From Carcharhinus longimanus (lineage: Eukaryota): a DNA stretch of 64,000 nucleotides. Below the pieces are notes generated by a model. It had not been told where the DNA came from, ran no database searches, and saw only the letters and a program-made list of their open reading frames with translations. The stretch is taken from NCBI GenBank assembly GCA_030264375.1, contig JASCQW010000146.1, forward strand, positions 26,345,544 to 26,409,543, read 5' to 3'. The position numbers and the translations under genes are program-made. Shown here piece after piece: positions 1 through 12,460 of this stretch (its first letter is position 1; each line of letters opens with the position of its first letter).

Positions 1-764
1 TTATGGCCTCTAGCTGCTTTTCCTTGGATCTAGGCAGACTCCAAAAAACTGATATTCAGTGATATTTCAGGAAAGTTTGTAACCTTGTCATTATTACAGC
101 TTCCTTTGCATCCTTCCTCATGGCAATGTGAATCACATGGACCTTATATCTAGGTAGAAATACTAATTAACTTTCTTGTTGAGTGCTCAACTCTCTTTCA
201 TCTTAGAACTAAATGGACAGTTTAGAGCACAACTGTTTACAACCTGACAGTCCCAAAACCTTTCTGAGACTGTGGAGACTCTTAGTCCCCACTGTTGACA
301 CACAGGCTGTGGCAATTGTCTCCAGGTGTAAATACCATGCACCTACTCTCCACTAGAACAATCAAAACCTTCTTCTGATATCTAATAGTTAAACTACCCA
401 GAATTACTGTCAGGCAAACTTCAGAGCATATCACATGACCACCTTCACTCTACCCTAAATTTAAAGAGAATTCCAAAACATAATCTTATAAGCCTCAATT
501 GAAACATTAGGACCTTACCGTAGATCGAACCATGCTCCCAAATAGGATTAATAAAAAATTCATCTAAAGTAATTAAGCAGCTAAATCAGAAATAATCACC
601 AGTTACAGTACAAAAATCCAAGAACAACAGAGAACTTGTAATTAAGAATCTGGAATTAGACCACAAAGATAATTCAGTTAGCAGAACGAATGGGAAGCTC
701 TCCCAAAGAAATAGTCAGGCTGATATTTTAAAAGGAAAACATATCTGGAAATACTACTGACAGC

Positions 765-1000
765 ATACACAGGACACCAGGGATAACCCTTTTGCTCTTC
801 TTTCAGATGGTGCCCTGGGATCTTTGTCATCAACCTGCAGTGGCATATGGCGCCCTGGTTTAATGTCTCATCCAAAAGGCAGTAGCCACTGCCTATTCCT
901 GCATTGAAGTGTCAGTGTTTATTTTATACCAAAGTCCTGGCATAGGACTTAACCCACAACTTTCTCACTCAAAGATGTAAATGCTATGAACTGGGTCATG
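765..1000 (-). mobile_element. Deu-domain tRNA-derived SINE (SacSINE1/AmnSINE-like), decayed
   Basis: Minus strand GTGGGTTAAGTCC (B-box-like), then GGATGAGACATTAAACCAGGG...AAAGATCCCAGGGCACCAT resembling the Deu core. Confidence 0.65.
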
Positions 1001-2829
1001 GCTGGCAGCATTCTTCACAGAAGAAATACTTTGTGATAACACAGTGCCAAGTAGAGAAATATTATTGCATCAGATATTGCTCACCTGATGAGCACAAAAC
1101 AAAAATGAAAATAAACTAGATATATAGAAAAAATAAAAGCATTAGCACCTGTCAGGATGTAGATGACAATAATGAACAAGAACAAAGCTTGTGCAATTTC
1201 CCACCATAGTTTGAATCTTAGAAACTGACTGTACATCCCCAGACAATCACCATTCATCACTTTTAAAGCTGGAAGGTCTGAGTGTGAGTCAGACCTGATG
1301 GTTCTAGAAATAGATTAAGTTGGAAAATTACCAAAAGCATTTAGTCATAGTTTTTACCATTTCCACATTGTTGATAAATTCAATCATTTTAATTTGGAAG
1401 GATTGGAATTGAAAATAGCTATGTAGGCACTGAGTGAAGGGTGTGGATTGTTTGTTCTGAATATGCACTGCATCACAGTTGAGATATCAAATGTGCATCA
1501 GACCTCACGTTTCCATTAATGTATCTGAATCTCCAGCAAGTCACATGAATTGATGATTAAAAGTTTCCTTGTGATGACAAGGACATTTAACTTAAGCCAT
1601 GGATTAAAAAGTTACAGGAATTATTTAAGGGGATTGTCTTGGGGCACGAGAAACACTGAAAAGATACACAAGTATTATGAATTAGGGTATAGCACCATCA
1701 TAGAAATGAAAAGTGGCAAGATCCCAATTTTGGCATTGTGCTTGGCAAACATAAACCAGGCCTCATCCAAAACTTGGTCTTTAAAACCAATTTACTAAAA
1801 ATTAGATCTGCATCACTGATACGAACTCTGTATGTATGGGTAAGTACCTCTACTGTCTTCCTTAGATTCCAGTGTGTGCACTGCTATGGACGGGATTAGG
1901 AGAGCACCAGAACCATTGTACCTTTCTCAATAAAAAAAACACATTGCAGATAGTAAAGAATATATGACAGTCAATTTAAATAACAGAAGCAAGCTTTAGT
2001 GGATATAAAACACACACACACTTCCATGCTTTCACCTCGAAAGGCCAAATGCCGCGTCACTCTCATACATAGACACACATACAAAAAAAGATATAATTCA
2101 AGAGAATCATGCACTCTGATAAGTTGTAAATAAAAAAAAGTTTGTAGTTCATGTAGGAGAAACAGTTGAAGGCCCATTAAAGATGACATTTTCACTCAAA
2201 GGGTATTTTGGGTTGGTTCAATAGCTGGAGTCATATATCAGGATTTTTGAAGTTTTCCCTCTTAGAAGGATGTTCAACAGGTTGTGAAGTATGTCACTTG
2301 TTTTCTTACCTGGAACGCAAGTGCTTGTCCTGATGGACTTCAAAAAAAGGATCAAGCTGGGGATACTTTTAAGAAACAATACTCTCCATCGTTTTAACAA
2401 GGCATAGATCTTATTGCCTTTGGCTGCTGCTGTTTTCTGCAGATGGGATTCCTGTGTCAATAAACTAGTCCTTGGGATAATAAATTTATCTGCAGCTGGT
2501 TTTGGTCACATGGTGGCAAGTATTAGTGCCACATAATGGGTTGGAGCCAGGATGACTGATACATCATAGCGAAATGATTGATAACCCATCAACTGTATCA
2601 GCTATGATTAGCTCCCTGTAAGACATTAATTGATATTTCGTATTCATGGCTCCAACACATCATGCAGCCATTGTTTGTTAGATTTCTTCCACTGACCTGA
2701 TAAGGATGGTCCCTTGGACTCGAGAAATATATTTACATCTGAGAACTTTCCAGAGGTATTTTTAGGCATGCATTAATCCTTAGTCTGTGTAGAAAGGGTA
2801 AAAGTCACCTAATCCTTGGCAGCTATCTT

Positions 2830-2914
2830 AGACATCTTTTATTCCCTGGAGCGTAGAAGAATGAGGGGAGATTTGATAGAGATGTATAAGATTTTGATGG
2901 GTATAGATAGAGTG
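2830..2914 (+). mobile_element. CR1 LINE 3' fragment
   Basis: Translates as FYSLERRRMRGDLIEMYKILMGIDRV. Confidence 0.85.
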
Positions 2915-3035
2915 NNNNNNNNNNNNNNNNNNNNNNNNNNNNNNNNNNNNNNNNNNNNNNNNNNNNNNNNNNNNNNNNNNNNNNNNNNNNNNNNNNNNNN
3001 NNNNNNNNNNNNNNNNNNNNNNNNNNNNNNNNNNN

Positions 3036-3295
3036 TCTGGAGACAATACACATCTCTTTAACCTACGCTTAATGCTATCTCCACTCACATTGTCTGCACC
3101 TTTAAGACTTGATTAGGTGTAAGGACTCGCATTCTAATCAGTATTCTGTAAACCGTGTGTGCCTTTATATGCCCTGTTTGTGATCAGAACACCCCACTCA
3201 CCTGACGAAGGAGCAGCGTTCTGAAAGATAGTGGCGTTTATTACCAAATAAACCTGTTGGACTTTAACCTGGTGTTGTGAGTCTTCTTACTGTGT
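3036..3295 (+). mobile_element. Penelope-like pseudo-LTR with minimal hammerhead motif at 3199-3233
   Basis: Same sequence family as the termini of the GIY-YIG element at 45915-47290; CAC-CTGACGA-A-GGAGC agc GTTCT-GAAA-GATA-GTG. Confidence 0.8.
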
Positions 3296-4907
3296 CTTAA
3301 TAAGCCATTTCATTACATCAACTACTAGTAGCTTGGTCCAAGAAAGCCCAAAATGCCTTCTTTGGGCAATTAGGAATGGGCAAAAAAAATGCCAGTCATG
3401 CCAACACCCAGAGACCAGCAACAAAGAGTGCAGATGATTTGAGTAAAATTCAAACATTAAACAGATTTAGAAATTTTTGGTCAATACTTTTCTGTGCCTT
3501 GAACCATCCACAACACATTGCAAATCAAGTCCTGATATTCGCTCTTCAAATGATTTTTTTTTTGATCTGCATTCATGGATGTTAGTAATGGAGACTGCAA
3601 TGCATTTTCCAGAATGGACTCTGGTTTTGTCTTCACTAAATCTTATCCGTTAATCAGAGTTTGCCTGTAAAATGTATGTGGTTCATCATTAGCATAAAGC
3701 ACTCTCAATTCAGATATGACATAGTTAGATGCAGAGCTAAGTTCTTTACTCTGCCCTGCCAATATCTCAGTTGCAAGCTGAAAAAAATCCATATTTCACC
3801 AGGGTAATTATTCTCACTTACCACATCAGTCCTCATTCGATCACCTGGTTGGAAGTACATTCTGATATATATGAACTGCTTCATTGTGTTTTGAATGTTC
3901 ACAGAATAAAAGTACTAAGAGGATAGGTCATGGCCTTTCAGCCCCTCATGTCTGTGCTAGAATGTCATGTTGAGGCTCACATTCTCAACTTTTATACATA
4001 ATCTTGCAAGTTTCTTACTAAAAAATACCTGTCCAACTCTTCATATATGTAATCAATTGCCATCACATTTTTAGGTAAGGCATTCTAGACCCTGACAATT
4101 CCAAGTGAAAAAAAAATTCTCATCTCCCCTCTAAATCTTTCTCCAATGATTTTCAATGTATGATCTTTGGTCATGGACCCATTCACCAGCTAACTATGTA
4201 GAAAGAGTGTAGGAAATTATACGTGGCAGGAAAGTTGGGTAGAAGCCATTTCCACCACTAACACTTCTCCCAAATTTCTTTTTATTTTAGTCCCTTGAGT
4301 TCTGACTGCCCACATTTATATTACAGTGAGAGCCAGTGGTGCTGAGTTTCTTGCTTTCACACTTCTAAGGCATCCTAGGCAAAATAGACAGATTTACAAA
4401 GTACAGCCAGCCTGAGTGACAGAAAAATCTTTAGCGTTTGAATATANNNNNNNNNNNNNNNNNNNNNNNNNNNNNNNNNNNNNNNNNNNNNNNNNNNNNN
4501 NNNNNNNNNNNNNNNNNNNNNNNNNNNNNNNNNNNNNNNNNNNNNNTTCTGCAGCTGGGAAACATTTTCTGGCAGTCATTTTTTTTTGCCATGTTCCACA
4601 CAAAGCAGAACTTACTGATAATATCAGATCACTGGCAGAATTTCAGTCCTTCGCTAGCAGTGGAACAGGTGTGGCATTTCCCATGGGTATATTCTTGAAC
4701 ATTGTGAAAAAGGGAGAAACAATCCCTAATAGTCTGCCAAACTCTGTCACTTCTTTAATTTCAGGGAAGATGATCTCCTCCAATTCAATTATTTCTGCAT
4801 TTTCTAAAATTGAAGTACTACTTAAACTATTGAACAATTTAAGCATTCCGCAACAAAGTTCATGTCTTTGTGTGAAGAAAGCGGTGGTAGTTTTAGATGA
4901 GCTGTAT

Positions 4908-6039
4908 TGTTAAATATGGCACAGATATAACTGAGTTAAATTAAGTGTTTGTGTGTAAGGAAGGGCAAACCTATAACGAGATTCATGTTGGATAAAGGCG
5001 TTTGCTTGTGTGGGGCTTTTGGTTTCAGTTAAAACTGTGATTCTGCAGTGCTCAAGAGAAATTTGTGGTGTGAAAAGTAAATAAAAGATTGGAGAAGGAA
5101 AGACATATTTCTTAGCAACCAGGGCCACCTTTAGGGAAAATAACTGAGTTTAATTTTAATTGGAAGCTAGAGTAGAAGCTTCACAGCTGAGTGGGAACAT
5201 CTCCCTCAGCTCCGCTAGAAGAGCCATAACACGGTGTAAGGGGTAAAGAAACTTAAAGAACAGCTAATTAAGGAAACTAGAGAAAGTAAAACAAGTTTCC
5301 GAGAAGTCTGAATTAAAGGAACAGAGGAAACTGGAGCTAGAACATATTGTTCAGTGAAGTCAGACAGCGCTGAGAAGGGGTTGGTAAGTGAGAAGCCAGA
5401 AAAATTCTGAAATGGTTCAAAGGTGTGCAGTATCTTACAAGTTTGAAAAACGTTAGTTGAAATTGCTGGCTGGATTTTGGAGTTTGTGTGGAAGCATTCA
5501 AGACAAAAGGAATTCTGAAATGAGAGTTGGAAAACCTGGTGGTGGATCCTTCGTGAACAGCTGATGGAAAGCGTTGCTGGAAGAAAGATTTTAAAGCATA
5601 TCTTTTTGAGTGTGGAATTTGGAAGCACTCATATGACAATCATCAGGAGAGAACTGGAGAAGAAATCCATGCAAGATCGATTGAATGGCATCTGCCATCT
5701 GTTGCGCGGGGTGGGGGGAAGAGGAGGTGAGTGCTGTCTAATCAGTCAACCAGTTTAAAAGGGCTATGTATTTACTGAAAACTTTATAAGCATAGGATAT
5801 ATTTTGTAATTGTGTTTTCCCTAAAATCTGCATGCCTTTGAGAAGATAAATTTAGGAGCAAAGGACTATTGTATTATAACATTTCATATTTAATCAACTT
5901 TTGTTGTTAAAAGCTGATTGGCAGTTCTGGGACTCTGTTACTCCATATTTTCAGAAAAAAGTAAAGGTTACGGTCTTTGGAGCCAGGGTTCTATTCTGGG
6001 ATTTTCCCATCTAGTAGTATCATCACTGGGATCATAACA
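4908..6039. mobile_element. Probable solo LTR
   Basis: Begins TGTTA and ends TAACA; flanks GTAT/GTTT (4-bp TSD with one mismatch); no credible coding content. Confidence 0.45.
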
Positions 6040-6099
6040 GTTTCCAGTAAGTCTTTTGGTCTCTACCATCCCATCTATTCACTTCCTATGGCTCCATTA

Positions 6100-6690
6100 T
6101 ATATATCCTCTTGTCCAAGGATGCTGAATTGAACATGCCAAACTGGTTCAGTCATCCATTATTAAGGTTGGCTGGACCACATCACCCTCTCTCACCAAAA
6201 CTGATCACTGTTCCCAGTCTATCCCATGGAGCAAATATACTCTTAATTTCAATTCTCCACAACCAAAAGCTGCCTTAAATGGCTCTTGCTTTCCTCTTCC
6301 ACCCACCACTAATAAAATGTGGTCCTGCAGACCTTGAAGGCTATTAATTCATTTGCATCACTCACTTCACCTTGCTCAGCAGCTATACCTCTCCTGCCCT
6401 CACCTTTAACCCATCTTCCCCAGTTTCTTTGGCCTCCCCATGCTTCCGAGTTTATCTTTTCTATCAGACCACCAACCTGCTCTCTCGACCCTCTGTCCAT
6501 TAAACTGGTGACCATTAACTTCCTTCCTTGAATCATGCTAGCTGTATTAGACTGTTCCCCCTTCTGCATTTCAAAATCTCTTGCTTTCAAAACAACTGTC
6601 ACCAATTCCTCATTAAATCCCCTACCCACTCTTCCTCGGTCCTTGCAAATTAGACCCTGTCACACACTCCAATACCCATTGCAAAGTTGT
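6100..6690 (+). mobile_element. Old L2-like LINE fragment
   Basis: RPPTCSLDPL motif typical of the L2 ORF2 region ahead of the RT; C/T-rich strand. Confidence 0.6.
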
Positions 6691-6882
6691 TAAGTCCATA
6701 TAGACCCTCATCTGTTAACTCATCAAAACTCATTTAATTTGGTTAAACATGATTTACTGTAACGAATCCATGCTGGGCTTTAATTACTCTACACTTGTCC
6801 AGGTGAGTGCCAATTATGCCCTAGATTATTGTTCCTAAAAGCTTTCCCATCAAAGTTAAATTGACTGTCCTGCAATTGCTCA
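6690..6882 (-). mobile_element. CR1 RT fragment
   Basis: Minus strand resembles the (YRP)VSL...QHGF...SCLTNL region. Confidence 0.55.
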
Positions 6883-7087
6883 GTTTTTGATCTTTCTCAA
6901 ATTATTCCAACTGCCAAATGAATGTTCATCTTTCCTGGGACTGCAAACTTGGATCTTTTCAAACAAACTGCTGCTCAATCCTAAACAAAGGACATGCCAT
7001 GCACACTCAAGCCCAAGTCATTGATATATATTTAGCAAAACAATGCTGTACATGCCTGGGGATTCCACTATAAACTGTTATGCAAAT

Positions 7088-7672
7088 TACGAAGGAGATT
7101 GTCATCGACTTCAGGGAGCGTAAAGGAGAACACGCCCTGTCTACATCAACGGGGATGATGAAGTAGAAAGGGTTGAGAACTTCACGTTTTTAGCTGTCCA
7201 GATCAACAACAACCTGTCCTGGTCTCCCTATGCCAACATTACAGTTAAGAAAACCCACCAACACCTCTACTTTCTCAGAAGACTAAGGAAACTTGGCATG
7301 TCAGCTACAACTCATACCAACTTTTACAGATGTACCATAGAAAGCATTCTTTCTGGTTATACCACAGCTTGGTATGGCTCCTGCTTTGCCGAAGACCGCA
7401 AGGAGCTACAAAAGATCATGAATGTAGCCCAATCTATCACACAAATGAGGCTCCCATCCATTGATTCTGTCTACATTTCCCGCTGCCATGGCAAAGCAGC
7501 CAGCATAATTAAGGAGCCCACACAGCCAAACATTCTCTCTTCCACTTCTTCCTTCGGGAAAAAGATACAAAAGTCTGAGGTCGTGCACCAACCGGCTCAA
7601 GAACAGCTTCTTCCCTGCTGCTGTCAGACTTCTGAATGGACTTACCTTGCATTAAGTTGATCTTTCTCTACA
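7088..7672 (+). mobile_element. Rex1/Babar-type LINE 3' fragment
   Basis: EIVIDFR...LYFLRRLRK...FYRCTIESILSGYTTAWYGSC...RKELQK, a C-terminal ORF region typical of Rex1/Babar. Confidence 0.8.
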
Positions 7673-8164
7673 NNNNNNNNNNNNNNNNNNNNNNNNNNNN
7701 NNNNNNNNNNNNNNNNNNNNNNNNNNNNNNNNNNNNNNNNNNNNNNNNNNNNNNNNNNNNNNNNNNNNNNNNATAAGAAATAGGAGCAGGAGTAGGCCAT
7801 CTAGCCCTTTGAGCCTGCCCTGCCATTCAATAAGATCATGGCTGATCTGGCTGATCCACTATATTATGAACTTTCAGTTAATACTTTAAAATCGTGAATA
7901 CCAACATACCATTAAAATAGTCACTGCAAATCAGTGCCGTTTGACATTTTGAGCTCCAGAGTCTCAAGCAAATACCTAATTAAATAAGGGTGTTCATAGT
8001 CATCTGGGGGGGATTTCCAAATCCCTGTTTAAAGATGGATGATCAACAAAAGAGCAACAGCATTCCAGCCAGCTCTTCATTCTGATTCCCCATGGGCAAA
8101 AGAGACACTGCAATGAAATTACTGTGGCAATCCTCTATTTGCCACACTCCGAAACCTGTCTGGG

Positions 8165-8347
8165 GACACTGAAGGAGAATTTAGCATGGCCAGTTCACCT
8201 AAACAGCACATCTTTTGGATTGTGGGGGGAAACCAGAGCACCTGGATGAACCCCACGCAGACACAGGGAGAATGTGCAAACTCCACACAGACAAGTGACC
8301 CAAGCGGGGAATTGGTGATGAGGCAGCAATGTTAACTGTGCCACCAT
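8165..8347 (-). mobile_element. V-SINE (HE1-like)
   Basis: Minus strand TGTGTGGAGTTTGCACATTCTCCCTGTGTCTGCGTGGG V-domain core. Confidence 0.8.
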
Positions 8348-8424
8348 ACCTGGAGAATCTTGAGTGTAAATGTTATTTGTTACTAAGTTCTGAACTTGAA
8401 CTTCACATTATAATTCTGTATATA

Positions 8425-8530
8425 ACAAAAACAGAAAATGCTGGAAAATCTCAGCAGGTCTGACAGCATCTGTAGAGTGAGAATAGAGATAATGTTTCAT
8501 GTCTGGATGACCCTCCATCAGAGCTGGAAT
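8425..8530 (-). mobile_element. Penelope-like pseudo-LTR fragment with decayed hammerhead
   Basis: CTGATGG-A-GGGTCATCCAGACAT-GAAA-CATT followed by CAGATGCTGTCAGACCTGCTGAG, same family as 10555-10650. Confidence 0.7.
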
Positions 8531-8979
8531 GTGGAATTCTGTAGTGTTAGACAAATGAGAATTTAAGTTGCTACACAACACATGATATGTAATTAACAAT
8601 TCATTCCTTTTTGGAGAAAGGAATATGAACTTGTACAAATCATATCCCAAGGAAGCCATTGTATTGCCTGCTTTTAAAATAATAGGAAACTGTTTTGCAG
8701 ACAGTTACATCACTGAACCCCGTGTCATCTAAACAGCCAAGCTAATAAACAACAATATCTTGAAAGTTGGAGGACTTCCAACAACCAGTTCCAAATGTGA
8801 CTTCACTTGAGAACCAACATCCTTGACATTTAATTTCAAAAAGTCTTGTAGCTTATTGAGAATCCTTGTCTTTCCAAGAACAACTCAAAGAAACTACAGG
8901 CTTGCCATGAAAGAGACCGAGTCAATCATAAATTGTAACTGTATTTTCTTTTACGGTCAGCTACATCAAATTGTGCGTT

Positions 8980-9030
8980 AGTGAGTGAGAGACAGAGTGA
9001 GTGAGTGAGTGAGAGACAGAGTGAGTGAGT

Positions 9031-9066
<36 letters not shown>

Positions 9067-9202
9067 GTGAGTGAAGGACAGAGTGAGTGAGTGAGTGAAG
9101 GACAGAGTGAGTGAGTGAGTGAAGGACAGAGTGAGTGAGTGAGAGACAGAGTGAGTGAGTGAGTGAGAGACAGAGTGAGTGACAGTGAGAGAGTGAGTGA
9201 GT
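8980..9202. repeat. Compound (GAGT)n/(GA)n microsatellite with higher-order units (GAGT)3-4 + GAAGGACA or GAGAGACA
   Basis: Seen directly. Confidence 0.95.
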
Positions 9203-9469
9203 ATCGATTGAATGAGATGTTGCATTTTAAACAAACTTTTAAAAAACCTCAAAGCTTGTTGCTGGCACTGCTTAAATTGGGACAAACACTTGGAGGCTAA
9301 GAAAACACACATTTTGCATACAAACAGGATCTCAGGCAATAAAAAAGCACAAATTGTGTTCTTGACAGTACTGAAGCACAAAAAAGCAACATTCACCACT
9401 ACACTCAATTTCCTGTCAATCAACTTTGTATTCGTCCTGCCAATGTCCCTTTTATGTCATGAACTTCAA

Positions 9470-9700
9470 CTTCACTGCCAAGCGCTTTATCAAACTCCTT
9501 TTGGAAGTCCATATAAACCCCATCAACTGCATTGCTATCATCATCCACTAATTCATCAAAAAACTAATTTGGTTAAACATGATTTCCCTTTAACAAATTC
9601 ATGCTCTCTTTAATTCATCTTATCTAAGTGATTGCCAATTATGCCCCAGATTATATAAAAGTTTTTCCACCAAGGTTAAACTGACTGCCCTGCAGTTGCT
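9470..9700 (-). mobile_element. CR1 RT fragment
   Basis: Similar to 6690-6882; minus strand HEFVKGKSCLTKL...DFQKEFDK. Confidence 0.6.
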
Positions 9701-10132
9701 GGATTATAGACCTCTCCCACATTACTCTAGCTGCTCAACCTTTCCCATAGTATCATCAAGTTTCAATACACCATGTTCACTGTTCTTTGAAAGGTGCCCT
9801 ATTAAAACTAAGCACAAATGACCTACCTCACGAGGCCAGTAATATATTGCACAAGAAAAGTCTACCAAGCATACTTCAGGAACTCTTCTCCCTCTCTATT
9901 CTTTGCACTATTATCCCAATCTATATTAAGATGTTCCCTATTATCACTACCTGTTCTTGCAACTCTCCCTAGTCTCCCTTCAAGTTTGCACCTCTTTCCC
10001 AATACACAGGAACCTAGAAATGTAATGGTACCTGTAATTTTTTTAAATCTCTAGCCAAATAGATTGTTCTTGACCCCTCTAGAATATCCTCTCGCTCCTG
10101 CACTGCAATATTCTCAATTAATACTGCTGTTA

Positions 10133-10372
10133 GGGTGGTATGGTGGTAGGGCACTCTCTCATACAGCTCCTGGGTTCGATTCCTGGCTTTGGTCATTGTG
10201 TGGAGTTTGCACGTTCTCCCTGTGTCTGCGTGGGATTCCACCCACAGTCTGAAAGACGTGTTGGTTAAGTGCATTGGCCCAAACAGGTGCCAGAGTATGG
10301 CGACCAGGTGAACTTCAGAGTAACTTCACTGAAGTGTTAACGTAAGCCTTACTTGTGACTAAAATAAACAAA
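10133..10372 (+). mobile_element. V-SINE (tRNA-derived)
   Basis: B-box GGTTCGATTCC followed by TGTGTGGAGTTTGCACGTTCTCCCTGTGTCTGCGTGGG. Confidence 0.8.
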
Positions 10373-10554
10373 CCTTTTTTCCTCCTCCTTTCTTCCTCAT
10401 CTTTCCTGTGTACTTCCTCATTTTTTGAACCAGGACATCTTTATTGCCAAAATCATATTCCCATGCGCCTATTTACAGCTGCAGTTCAGCAACTTAATTT
10501 ACATGCTGTGTTTTTACCCAGATGCATTGTAAATCTGTGTTTGTTATTATTTCA

Positions 10555-11268
10555 GCAAGAACAAAAATTGCCGGAAAACTTCAGCAGGTCTATCAGCATC
10601 TGTGATGACAGAACTGACGTTTTGAGTCTAGATGGCTCTTCGTCAGTGCTGAAGGCACTGAAAATAGAATGAGATAATAGTGGGCTGTGGTTGCTGGATA
10701 AAGAGTCAGCGATTGGTAGAGATTGACAAAGATGCTATAAAGACACAAAGGACATGTAAATACTGAAAGCAGCATATCAGAATGTGGTAATGGCAGAACA
10801 AAAGTGAGCAGTGTCAAAGTATGACCTGAAACAGGTAACAAATGACCCTAGTAGGTCTGGGGGGAGGGGAAACTGTGGCAAGGGGAAACAGATGGAAAGA
10901 GAGATTTAAAAAAGATTGAAAAATTAAACAACAGAGAAATGAAAATACATTTAAAAAATAAACTGATGGAAAGGGAGGTACAGAGATCATGGTCTGACAT
11001 TGTTGAACTCAATGTCTGGATGATTGTGAAGTGCCTAATTGGAAGATCATGCACTGAGCTTCACTTGAATATTGCAACAGGTCAAGGGCAGATATGTGGA
11101 CATAACAGGATGGTGTATTAAAATGGCAAGTAACAGGAAGGTCTGGGTCATGCTTGTGCACGGTCCAAAGGAGGTCTGCGTTCAGTCTCTCCAATGTAGA
11201 CTACATTGGGAGCAGTGAAGCAATAGACCAGATTAAAGGAGGTACACATGAAGCGTTGCTTCACTTGG
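10555..11268 (-). mobile_element. Penelope-like retroelement 3' remnant (GIY-YIG endonuclease plus pseudo-LTR with hammerhead)
   Basis: Minus strand QVKQRFMCTSFNLVYC...YIGETERR...LPVTCHFN...IFQLGT; CTGACGA core at 10640-10646. Confidence 0.85.
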
Positions 11269-11274
11269 AGTGTT

Positions 11275-12460
11275 TATGCTCTTGGATTTAGAACGGAACA
11301 ATCTCATTAGTGACAGACAGCATAGCTTTGTAAGAGGAAGGTCATGCCTTACAAATTTGGTGAAGTTTTTTGAGGAGGTGACAAAAATGGCTGACGAAGG
11401 AAGGGCCATGGATGTCGTCTATATGGATTTCAGTAAAGCGTTTGACAAAGTCCCTCATGGCAGGTTGGTTAAGAAGGCTCATGGGATACAAGGAGAGGTG
11501 GCTAGATGGGTAGAGAACTGGCTTGGTCGCAGGAGACAGAGGGTAGCAGTCGAAGGGCTGGTGGTGTTCCGCAGGGCTGTGTACTGGGACCTCTGCTATT
11601 TGTGATATACATAAATGATCTAGAAGAAGGTGTAATTGGTGTTATCAGCAAGTTTGCGGATGACACGAAGATGGCTAAACTTGCGGACAGCTATGAACAT
11701 TGTCGAACAATACAGCAGAATATAGATAGGCTGGAAAATTGGGCAGAGAAATGGCAGATGGAATTTAATCCAGATAAATGCAAGGTGATGCATGTTAGAA
11801 GAACTAATGTAGGGGGGAGCTATACAATAAATGGCAGGGCCATCAAGAATATAGAAACACAGCGGGACCTAGGTGTGCAAGTCCACAAATCCCTGAAGGT
11901 GGCAGCACAGGTGAAGGCAGCTATGGTAGGCTTGCCTTTATAAGGATAGGGTATAGAGTATAAAAGCTGGAGTCTGACATTGCAGCTGTATAGACTGCTG
12001 GTTAGGCCACATGTGGAGTACTGCCTCCNNNNNNNNNNNNNNNNNNNNNNNNNNNNNNNNNNNNNNNNNNNNNNNNNNNNNNNNNNNNNNNNNNNNNNNN
12101 NNNNNNNNNNNNNNNNNNNNNNNNNNNNTATGAAGGGTATAGATAGGGTGAATAGTGGGAAGCTTTTTCCCAGGTCGGAGGTGACGATCACGAGGGGTCA
12201 CAGGCCCAAGGTGAGAGGGGCGAAGTATAACTCCTATCAGAGGGACTTTTTTTTTTTACGCAGAGGGTGGTGGGGGCCTGGAATTCACTACCAAGTAGGG
12301 TGGTGGAGGCAGACATGCTGGCATTGTTTAAGAATTACCTGGATAGTCACGAGCAGCCTGAGAATGGAGGGATACAAATGAATGGACTAGTTGGACCAAT
12401 GAGTGGCACAGGCTTGGAGGGCCAAAGGGTCGGTTTCCTGGGCTGTACTGTCCTTTGTTT
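11275..12460 (+). mobile_element. CR1 LINE, 5'-truncated, frameshifted RT and 3' end (spans an N-gap)
   Basis: QHSFVRGRSCLTNL, YMDFSKAFDKVPH, GVPQGCVLGPLLFVIYINDL, FADD, WQMEFNPDKC, LVRPHVEYC. Confidence 0.95.

Noticed and set aside
8926-9423. 165-aa ORF with THS/LSF repeats
   Set aside because: Translation of the (GAGT)n microsatellite
10133-10190. tRNA gene (B-box GGTTCGATTCC)
   Set aside because: Head of a V-SINE; no cloverleaf
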